64,000 bases of DNA from Raillietiella orientalis. Its lineage: Eukaryota. Below the pieces are notes generated by a model. It had not been told where the DNA came from and did no database searches. It saw only the letters and a list, made by a program, of their open reading frames with translations. Numbering within the stretch: the stretch's first letter is position 1; every line of letters begins with the position of its first letter. The DNA is taken from assembly GCA_036172245.1 (NCBI GenBank), contig JAYWIR010000021.1, positions 1,984,001 to 2,048,000 on the forward strand, given 5' to 3'. Both the position numbers and the translations under genes were made by a program. This document shows, piece by piece, positions 1 to 9,600 of the stretch.

Positions 1-539
1 AGCTCGGAGTGAAGCCATTCTTGCAGCCGCCTTCCGACTTCGAGCGACGCTGACGCGTTTTGTGTCTTCCCCTTGCCTTCGACATGTTATGGACTCTTGG
101 TTTCCGATCTAAACACTTGGGGTTCTGTGCTTCCAAAGCGTTTTTTTTTTTTTTTTTTTCTTCTCAAACTTTCCAAAACATCAGCGCATTAAACATCAGG
201 CATAAAATACATTCGATTCGGTAAATTTGGATCATCAGTTCCAAGCAAATGAAAGCATTATGTATTCTGTAATTGAAAATATGGAAATTAAAAACTGCAG
301 GAATTTTCAAAACCAGTGGTTAGCATCCATGCAACTCCCCCCTTCCCTTCCTTCCACCCCCCCCCCCCCCCCCCCTCAATTCACACGCACACACGCACAT
401 CCTACCCCCAATTTACCCCGTCCTCCTCGCTATTTGCTGGCTTCCGGTTGCGGAACTTTAGCCATGTCTGCCAACGTGCTGCAGCCGCTCTTTGCTTCAT
501 GGTCGTGGGAAGGTCATCAGCGGAATCCGTGTATTCTCC

Positions 540-935
540 TTTTTTTTTCTTTTCTTTTCTTTTTCGAATGAAAAGGTCACCAGCGACCTCAAGGGGAGAT
601 CGTCACCATTGACCCAGGATGATGGAAATATTTTGGAGGGTTCCTTTTTGTTTTCTTCTGCTTTCCTTCCAGCCTTTTTTTTTTTTTTTTTTTTTTTGAG
701 TTTTTTTTTTGAAAGTTTGCCAAGTGGAGAAGAACTTCCCGCCGGGAGACTTTCACGAAGCTTTGCACCGCTGTTCCAAACCACCCGAGGGTGCGTGTAG
801 TAACTTTAAGTTAGGGAGTAACCCCGGAGGGATTATCCTATGAAACCAGGAAGGCTCCGGAGGAAGGGAGTCCGTTCCTCTCACGCTTGGGAGGGAAACT
901 CCGAAGGGAATCTTCGACATGGTTGTCTCCGATTT
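540..935 (-). mobile_element. 3' part (late body, A-rich linker, tail) of tRNA-derived SINE-like repeat
   Basis: Reverse complement GATTCCCTTCGGAG...CAAGCGTGAGAGGAACGGACTC...CCTTCCTGG...A-run...AGGCTGGAAGGAAA...CTCCCCTTGAGGTCGCTGGTGACC aligns by eye to 7450-7760 and 17940-18225. Confidence 0.7.
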
Positions 936-1720
936 TCACCGGGATACCCCCTCAACGGAGGCGTTCATCAAAATTGAAAAGAAGCTCATAAATTGTGGTA
1001 GGGCGCGTGGTCCAACCACACTCCGTTTGTCCATGGATCTCCTGGGTCTCCGGCACGCAGACCAGCGGGGGTCACCTCGACAGCAGAGGGGGAGGAGAGA
1101 AAAACTGAAAGAATAAAATGAAAGAATACATAAAAATCTTTGGAAGAGTCAGGAGGGGGCCACTGTCCGCTGGAGAAAGTCTGGATCCTTTCCAGGATGC
1201 CAGCTAGGTCCGTCTAAATAGGTCCCAAGTGGGACCATCTGGCTACTGTCATCCACAGAAAGTGGAAGTGTACACTCGATGGGTACCTCCCGTTTCTTCC
1301 TCCGTCGGCTTCGCCCCGGGCAGTCCCGTGGTCTCAGCAAGGAGCTGCTGGGACTGCGGCTGGCTGCAGGGCGTCCCGCACAAAGAGAAACCGTAAAACG
1401 TCCCTAGAGGTGCCATCCCGAATGCGGGGGGCCTCCTCAAAACAGGGGTCCTACCACAACGGCAGGAGGGCAGCACAGTCCACAAGCAGGTGCATGGAGG
1501 GGGGGCTCCCGTTCCGCCCCGCACCTGCAGCAGTCCGGGTCCGCCCTCCCCAGTGTCCGTTGGTGTCGGCGTGTCGGTTGCAGGGAAGATCCCAGTTCAA
1601 CAGCGGAAGTTCCGACTCCCTGCCACTTCAGGGGGATGGTGTGCTGTTCTTGAGCGCCGGGGGGCACTCCAGGTCTTCGCTAAGAATGCTTAGCTGCTCG
1701 CTCCAGCTCTGTACTCCTCG
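935..1720 (-). mobile_element. 5'-truncated, degenerate LINE (L1/Tx1-like ORF2 C-terminus + 3' UTR)
   Basis: Minus strand encodes frameshifted ...IPLKWQ...ADPDCCRCGAERE..HLLVDCAALLPLW... (zf-RVT CCHC) and later ARWSHL...LAGILERIQ; homologous to 18820-19580. Confidence 0.7.
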
Positions 1721-1729
1721 TGGAGAAAA

Positions 1730-2160
1730 AAGTACCTTTCTCTTACGCCTGGAGGGTTGTCTCCCAGGGAAAAACCTCTTCCTTGTTCTTTCCGGAAGAA
1801 CCCCGGAGGGATCCACTTTTTCTTTTCCGAAGGGAACCGGGAAAGGATCCGTCCTTGGAATTTTCTCACCGTAGGGAACCCACACGTGAACCACTCCCTG
1901 TTTCTTTCTCCTCTGAAGAGAACCCCGGAAGGACGCTTCCCTATTTTCCCTGAGGAGCGCTCCCCGAAGGGAGCAGCGCGCTTCTTGGCACCCTGGAAAG
2001 GTATCTATCCACCAGCTCCATGATACGAGATGGAGGGTCCTCCTCATTTAGGGGGGAGGGAGGCAGACCATTTTCGCAACCGGAGGGGTAGGAATTTCCA
2101 AGGACTCCTTGATCCCTGGAATAGACCCGGACCTTCCAACCCCGGCCACTTAACAGGGGC
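1730..2160 (-). mobile_element. Middle body of tRNA-derived SINE-like repeat
   Basis: Reverse complement matches 7100-7500 (GTGGCCGGG...CCAGG.ATCAAGGAGT; GCTCCCTTCGGGGAG; GGTTCCCTTCGGAAAAG). Confidence 0.7.
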
Positions 2161-2184
2161 ATCTTTGTTGAAGGGATGGATTGA

Positions 2185-3060
2185 GACCCGGTCACGCCGG
2201 GACGTTTATTTGCTAAAAATAAGCATAGAGGCCAGTCGCAAGATGCGCGATCCTACTACGTCTCATGGATATACAAAAAGAATCTGCCGGGACCTGGCAC
2301 GCAGTTCAGCGGGATTCACCTCGGCCGCACAGGGGAAGGGGAGACGAACACAAAGAAAAAAATAAAACAAAAAAACCTACAGTCAAAAAAATGAGGGGTT
2401 TCGGGAAGGGATCACTGTGTGCTGGAGGATGTCCTCTGCATTCTTGCCAGGATACCGGCAAGCTCCTGTTTAGAGGCTTCCAGATGGGGACATCTTGACG
2501 CCATCCTCATGAAGAGGACTGGAAAATAGATGGCATCCCTGTCTTTCTGGCCTCCTCTGGAGCTGCTCCGTGCAGCCACCATACCGCCGCGTGGTCAGCA
2601 AAGTGCTGCTGGGAATGTGGCCGGTTTGACGGCTTTTGAGCAGGAAGAGGCGCTTTAAAACGTCCCTGGAGTTGTCCTCGGGGATCTGCAGGGACGTGGC
2701 AAAGCGCTCCCACAGGGAACGGAGAGCAACAGAATCCACGATCAGGTGCGGGAAGGACTATTTCTCGCCGCAGCTGCCGCAGTTCGGGTTCACCTCCTCC
2801 CCCGGGTCCAATGGTGTCGGCGGGTTTTTCACGGGACGTCCCAGTGCAACAGCAGAGTCGTCGACTCATACCACTTTAGGGGGAGGGTAGCACCGTTCCA
2901 ACTGGGAGCCACTTCACCTCCTCTGAAGGAATTTGTAGCAGCTCTCCCCGGCGTAGCAGTCCTCTGGGTGGGGCACTCAGATTCGCAGTGTTAGCCAGCT
3001 CCCGAGTTGTCTACGCACCCGGATGTTTTTTCCTGCTCCTTATCACGAAGGTCACTTCTT
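2185..3060 (-). mobile_element. 5'-truncated LINE (ORF2 C-terminus, 3' UTR, terminal hairpin)
   Basis: NPNCGSCGEK.SFPHLIVDSVALRSLWERF...AAVWWLH...ASRCPHLEASKQELAGILARMQRT; 3' UTR closely similar to 19350-19575; ends AATAAA-CGT-CCCGGCGTGACCGGG (2187-2210). Confidence 0.78.
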
Positions 3061-3069
3061 ATCTCTCTG

Positions 3070-3280
3070 AGGGGGCGGAGGAGTCCCCGGCTTCCACCAG
3101 TGCGGCCGCACCCGAATAGAGGCCAACCAGAGCTACTCGAAGGAAGGATCCGGAACTCACGGCACATCACCATCCATCCTCGACGCTCGTTCTTCCTCGG
3201 GCGGGATTCGAACCCGCGACGCGGGTGGGAATGGTGAGACCGCAGGAGACCGCAGCCGCACGGCCGCCAATGTGGGCCCG
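3070..3280 (-). mobile_element. tRNA-derived head of SINE-like repeat
   Basis: Perfect T-arm/B-box GCGGG-TTCGAAT-CCCGC (~3201-3217), preceded by TTGGCGGCC and followed by CTGGTTGGCCTCTATTCGGGTGCGG, as in the copies at 6905, 12921 and 17430. Confidence 0.72.
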
Positions 3281-3289
3281 TCTTTTTGA

Positions 3290-6200
3290 CCGTGGTCCGT
3301 TGCATTGCAGCAACCTGCTGTCGGGAGGACGGAGGCAATCTTTCACGTCTCTTCTGTAGTGAGTTCAAGCCCAATGTAGCTGGGAGTTCACTGGGGTGCC
3401 ATGCTGGAAGCATCGATGGATCCGCGATCTCCCCTGTGCCAACAATGGCTCTGGGAGGGATTCCTCTTGCAGATAATTTCAACTGGGATCACCGTTGGGT
3501 GAGCGCTCGCAATATCTGGAGAAGGGGAGGAGGGCGTAAGCTCCTCCTCCTGATGACTGATCTCTGGACGAGAAGTTCCAGAATCCTAGAGGAAGAGATG
3601 GTGACATCCCTGCAATGGACGTGGAGCGTGGGTCCTCTGACCCCTGCATCCTATGGCACTATGCGACCGACGGTGGCTCCCATGGAACCGAATGCCTTGG
3701 AGCACTGTTTTTTCTTCCGAATGGTCCCCAAACTTGAGATGGCTAAGGACGTCCTCAGTCGAGCGTCGCGGATGTCTCTGGCACTTGGCCTCTGGGAGGC
3801 AGCCACTTGCCAAAGTGTGACTCTCGTTTGTGAGATGACAGGAATGGCTTGACAGCCTTTGGACTACAGAGTTTCCGAGGCTTCCTGGGATGCTTGCAGC
3901 TACTTACCTTCAGCCCCCTTGTTTTCCCCGGTTTACACCAGCAGGTGACCTGGCAGATTGCAAGCCACCAGGAGTCACCCTCTGACGGCTGCTGAGTCTT
4001 CGGATCGGCGGGACGCGCAAGAGGACACTGCAAAGTTGGCTGAATCCGACGCCCCCCCCCTTCCGGAGAAGTTCAGCGTCCGGACCCCCGCAGCATTTAC
4101 TCGTCTTACGCGCCTCGACCTCCTTCCTGCCCATCTGCCCCCATGGCAACCGTCTGGCGTTCTCGGCCGCCCGTCCGTTTGTGCCTATGCACAAACCGTG
4201 CCGAAACGTGGTTCCTATGAACCCTGAGGAAGCGTTCCAGACTCTCTGGAAGGGTCGTCCTGCAGGATACATCCCAGCAGCGATTCGCAATGCGGGAATT
4301 CAAGCCAAAGCAGAAGAAAAGGAGAAAAAAGAAGAGGAGGAGGAGGAAGAGAAGAGTTCCTGGGTCTCGCTGGCAGCTTCACACCACCGGCCGCTTTCTG
4401 CAGGGGCGGCGGGGCAGAATGGGGTGAGACAGGAGAGGCGGCTTCAAAGGGGATGGAGCCAAACGGGAGAGAGGGTACAGGGAATTCTGCAGTCGCTCCA
4501 CAAGCTTCACGTGGCTCACCCAGGCGTCTGGCACCACACCTTGTCTGCGCCTCGCGGTCCGTCAGCGGGCAAGGGGCTCACGGGGCCGAATTCTTGTCGG
4601 ATGGTCCCCGGTTCGGGAAGCGCTCAGGGAAAATCAAGAAGTTCCAGGAGATTTCGGCCTGGAGGGTCTGCCGCCTACGCCGCCCGTTTCCGAAGACGAC
4701 TGTCAGCAGGGCACAGGGTCGTGGGAGCCACGGAACCACGCAGAGGTGCTCCCCGCGGTCCAAACCGTGCGCATCACCGCGTCGTGTCACCCGTAGCCTC
4801 CCTCGACCCTGACTGGGCAGGAAGGGGCTGCTCCTCTCTTCTCCTCTCTTCCTCGGCGGGTTCGGGGGTGCCGGCCGGAGCTACGAGCAACGCGTCACTT
4901 TGAAGACCGCCATCCAGCGCCTGCCGGGGCGGGGCGGTGGCGGGGTCTTTCCACGTTTGCCACGAGAGTCACTTGTCATGCTCTTTGACCGTTTCCTTTG
5001 TTCGCGCACCGTGCCACTGACCTCTCCGCTCAGGTGTCGCCAACGAGGGCCGACGCGGAACCAGGATGTCCTCCCGACCCTTCCCGGCTTCCCGGGGAGC
5101 CTCGAAGCGCCCCTGAACGCCCTATCTGCAGCCGCCTTTCCCCTCCCTTCCCTCCTCCTGGAATCGCTCTCCCGGGAATTCTCGGCGCTCCCCCCGAGGT
5201 CTCTCCGACTCCCGTCTGCCGCTCCAGAGGGGCTCTCCGGTCGTGTCCTCGGGCGCTCGCGCAGACGCTGCCGCCGGCGGCCCAACAGTCAGCGGCGACA
5301 ACTTCGCTTTTGCTCCTTCTCTCTTTGCCTCCCCTTTCTCTGCGCCCTCTCCCTCGATCTCCTACTGCGCCCCTCTGTAGTGCCGCGTGGTCCTCTGTGG
5401 TGCTGCCTCTGTGGTCCTCCCCCATCCGTGACGCACAGCTCCACAAGATCCGCAGAAGTTCTCCGCATCTCCTCTTTGCTGCGGATGCTGCACGAGATGG
5501 AGTCCCTGAGATTTTCCGCATCCTCCGGAGGGAAAAAGAAGAGAAGAAAAAAAAGGAGGGGGGGAGGGAGGGATCGGGAAGGAGGGAAGAAGAGGAGCGC
5601 CACTCCGACGGGAGCGGCAGAGCTCCTGCAGAGAGACCGCGATCTGCGGTTGCCATGCCGCCGCTGTTTGCTCTCCGCGCTCTCTGATTAGCAAGGACCC
5701 ATCCGGAGCGGCGGCGGCAGCTCCTCTCTTGACAACGCGCCGACGCGAGCATTGGGAAGGATCTTCCGGAAGTTGCGCAGCTCCAGATCGGGAGTGTGAG
5801 CTGCTCCTCGGGAATGGGAACGAGAGGGGAGCGGGGGAGGAACTGAGGGGGAAGGAAAGAGGATGTTTTCTCCGCAGCAGCTGCGTCTTCCGATTCCGTT
5901 GTCGCTGGACCCTCAGGGTGCATCCCCGAGCGCTCCCGTCCGAAGTTCCCCGGACTCGCATGCGCCACCCGCATGCCTTCCCTGAGGACGATGGGGGCGG
6001 CGGAGGAGGGGGAGATCGAAGATCCGTCCCATGTCGGGGAGTCCTCCTCTTCCGAGCAGGGATGGGCTGCCGCCCCCTGGGCACGCCCGGGTCAGCGGCT
6101 CGCTCCGCGGCGGCAGCGGCGGATCGCTCGCTCGACAAGAACAGCGTGCACGTGAGTGTCGCAGTCTCGCGGCGCGGCGCAGTTCTCCATGCCTGAGGTT
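3290..6200 (-). mobile_element. Degenerate LINE interior (possible ORF1, pyrimidine-rich spacer, deleted ORF2)
   Basis: Charged, coiled-coil-like translations at 5289-5603; CT-rich spacer at 4310-4360 followed by RIANRCWDVS, which resembles the APE N-terminal I..WNV motif; no intact ORF. Confidence 0.35.
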
Positions 6201-6904
6201 CGCGACAACGGGAAGCGACGACTTCCCATCTTCGAAACTGGACCAAAAGCCGAATCTCCCATCCTTTCCTGAGTGTACAAGTGGCCACAGGAGCAACTAC
6301 CGTCGTCGTTGCGGTTTCAGCTCAAAGAAACAAACGTGGCTCGTGCGCGCGGGTAGATGCGCGCGCACACAAAGACAGGAAAAAAAAATTCCGGTGTTTC
6401 GATGCAGGTGCCGTGCGTCGTGCCCAAGGGGTACTGCCGACCTGGGGTCTGGGGGTGGGAAATCGCCGGAAGACGCCAGCTCTGTTTGGAAGCGAGGAGT
6501 GCTCCTCGATACCTGAAAGCATGCGCCAACTCTTCCCCACAACCAGGGAAGGCAGATGCCGTGGGTGAGGGACGCAAGCACCACGCTCCTCGCGTGACCT
6601 CTGATGCTGCGATTCGCGTGAGCCACCCAAGCAAAAGAGCAGCAAAGCCGAACCGGTCAGAAACATGCAGCAGCGCTTGACCGAGAGGGAGATTAACTGC
6701 GGATTATGAACTCAAGGAGGGAGAACAGCCCAGCAGAGATGAAGTGGAAAGAGCGTTTCTTTTTTTTCTCTCTCTCTTGGAAACGGGAAGCATCCAAGAG
6801 CGCGAGAGCTGGTTTAAAAGAGCAGAAGACACACCTCTGGCACGTGGATTCGGAGACAATCGTCAAAAGACCATCAGAAGAGGAAAACCTGACTGCCGTT
6901 TAGA

Positions 6905-7760
6905 AGCCCGCATCGGAGGCCATGTGGCTGCTGAGGTCTCCGCGCGTCGCACCACCAAGCGTCGCGGGTTTGCATCCCACCCAGGGAGAAGCGACGCCGA
7001 GAGATGGGTGCGTCGTGGGTTCGAGTTCCTCCCGCAAGATGACGCTGGTTGGCCTCCATTCGGGTGCGGCTCCGGTAGCGGTTCAAACAGAAAGCCTGCG
7101 ATGAGTGGCCGGGATTGGGAGTCGAGCTCCGGGACCTTCCAGGAATCAAGGAGTGGTAGTTCTCCTTCGTGCCAAGGAGCGGATCCTCCCCCTCCGGGGG
7201 TACCCTCCGTCTCGTACCATGGAGTAGGTGTGGTACCTCTCCAGAGTGCAAAGAAGAGTGCCTCTCCCTTCAGGGAAGCGCCCTTCCGAGAAAATCCGGA
7301 AGCGTCCCTTCGGGGTTCTCTTCAGAGGAGGAAACAGTAGCGGTTCCCTCGCGGGTTCCCTCGGGAGAAGAAATTCTTACTAGCGTATCCTTTCCGGGTT
7401 CCCTTCGGAAAAGCAAAAATGGTCCCTCCAGAGAGAACAAGGAAGGAGATTCCCTTCAGGGTTCCCTTCGGAGACAACCAGAGCAGAGCTTTCGGGGATC
7501 TCTCCCCAGACGTGAGAGGAACGGACTCCGACCCCTTCCTGGATTCATAGGGTGGTCCCCAACCGGGGGACTTCCTGAAGAATCTTGAAGAATTACACAC
7601 ACTCTCGGATGGCGAGGAAAAGCGTGAAAGAGCTGCGTGAGCAGACGGCTCTTGAGGTGCTCAGCGAACCAAAAAAAAACCGACAAAAAAAAAAGCTGGA
7701 AGGAAAATAGCGAAGACAGAAAAGAACCCAAGAGGATTACCGTCATCCAGGATTTCTCCG
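6905..7760 (+). mobile_element. Near full-length tRNA-derived SINE-like repeat with UUCG-hairpin array
   Basis: Degenerate T-arm GTCGCGGGTTTGCATCCCACCC, second B-box-like GTCGTGGGTTCGAGT, repeated GGTTCCCTTCGG motifs, A-rich linker and AGCTGGAAGGAAA tail; homologous copies elsewhere in the window. Confidence 0.75.
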
Positions 7761-8150
7761 CGGAATCGTGGCTGCTTGGAACGCGAAAAGAAGAGGCCAG
7801 AATGGCAGGGACGCCATCCACTGGGCGCGGATCTTCCTGAGGACCGCCTCGAGATGTCCCCACCTCGACAATATCCTGACAGAACTCGCCAGCATCCTGA
7901 ACGGGATGCAAAGGACGCCTGACCACACCTACCGTGATCCCTTTCTCGTCTTCCCCCCTCCCCTGTTTTGCTTGTTTACTTTTTTTGTTCCCCCCCCATC
8001 CCATGCTGCTGAAGCGGACCTCGCCGGTCTGCGTACCGGTCCTCGGCAGGTTCAGTGAGCGTGGTAAAACCAACGGTTCTGCCACAAAATTGTACTTTCA
8101 TTACCCTGCGTAATAAATGCCGGGAGATAATCATCCAGGATTTCCATCAT
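7760..8150 (+). mobile_element. Short LINE 3' fragment
   Basis: GRDAIHWARIFLRTASRCPHLDNILTELASILNGMQRTP matches the family C-terminus; T-rich 3' UTR, AATAAA at ~8112. Confidence 0.72.
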
Positions 8151-8899
8151 TGTTCGAGGACCACGTCACCAGGACGGCAGCGAAGGGGGCGCACGGGGCG
8201 TGAGATGTACCAAGCATGAAATCGAAGCGGCTGTTCCGAATCAGCGCGCGAAAGAAGTCCAAGCCGACGGAAGCGTAAAGAACTCCAAGAGACGGCAGCG
8301 AGGCACCAGCGGAAAAACCCCGTGTGGCTCGGCGTCACTTCCTGGACCAGCGGGCGGAAGTGTGGGGCCACGGAAATGCAGGAATCCCGCGCAAACTCGA
8401 TTCCCATCCGATCTATGACCTCAGCAGTACTATGTAACGTTGTTGTCGTTGCGGTAACGACTCGGAATGCTGGAATTCGATTGAAAGAATTTGTCCTCGG
8501 GGCTCTTTGGCATCTTTCCGGACCCCTGCGCTCTCGGTCATGATTTCGGGGACTGCGGGCTCGAGCTGTCATCGGATGAAGTCCCTTCCACCGTACGTGA
8601 TGTGCTGGAAGCACCGATCAGCATCCTCGAAAAGGCGGACGGTCGCTAAGGATTCCTCCTGCCTCCATTCTCGTGCGAGATCTCATGGAGCACAGAGTCA
8701 CGGAGCAGGTCGCGCAAAATGCCATGGGAACACAGTGCATGCACCTCTTCTTCCCTCCTGCTGCTGGAGAGGAACGGTCGCATTCTTTTTGGATCGCATT
8801 CCGAAATACTTCCGCGAGAGTCCCTTGTCCTACTGGGCTGCCATCCACATGGTATCAGCAGTTCTGTTCCATGGAACTGCTCTAGTGCTGACCGCAGAA

Positions 8900-9600
8900 A
8901 TCGCGTCTTTGACTTCGTTGAGAGATTGTCCGCCTTTCCAGCGGCTGCTCCCGACGTCTTTTGTTCTTCTCCTTATCCTCGTGGAGGATTCTCCTTATCC
9001 CGGCAACCTCGGGTTCCAAGAAGCTGGGGGCGGTTCCCAAGGGAAAGGGTCGCATCGACGAGACGGCAGTGCTGTTGCGGGGACGTGCCCGCTCAGGCTG
9101 CCACCCTGCGCCCCGGGAGGCGCTACAATCCGTAGTTGCGCGGGCGGAGCGAGGACAATACGCTCCGTGTCCTCCTGAGTATCTCCCGTGCCTCCCGTAT
9201 CCTCCATGGAAACGCGACACTGGCACGTTGAGGTCATCGGGGTCAAATCCGATGTCTTCGCTAAACTGGCCGAGCGCTCCGCACTCATTCAGGACGACCA
9301 GGAGGTAGGCGATCAAATTCAGGGACTCCAAGCCGTCTGCCACAGTAGTCTTCGACGTCGCTGCCGGGGCCAGGAGCGAGCTCCCGAAGTCTTTCGGATG
9401 GATCCACGGAAGAGGGTGTGAAACGAGATAAAGAGCCACCTCCCTCCCTCTGCTCGATAATAAGACCACGATCTCCATGACATCGGCCAGTCAACGACCA
9501 GTCTCATTTGCAGCGGAGGAAAGCTATTTGCTGGGAATTCAGATGCCTGTCAAAAATGGAGTTGGAGTTGCCACCTTACGACGCCCATTCACGATCTCCC
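8900..9600 (-). mobile_element. Possible LINE AP-endonuclease remnant
   Basis: Translation contains DPDDLNVP, which resembles the APE GDFN motif; retroelement context; weak. Confidence 0.25.

Noticed and set aside
3195..3280. Possible functional tRNA gene
   Set aside because: Only the T-arm is canonical; there is no convincing acceptor/D/anticodon cloverleaf, and it continues into the repeat body shared with other copies
4900..6300. Several overlapping 200-314 aa ORFs on both strands
   Set aside because: GC-rich low-complexity sequence yields long ORFs in many frames; no recognisable domain; better explained as decayed retroelement
7260..7520. CRISPR-like or terminator interpretation of the repeated hairpins
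   Set aside because: Units are short, degenerate and irregularly spaced, with no unique spacers or cas genes; the context is eukaryotic
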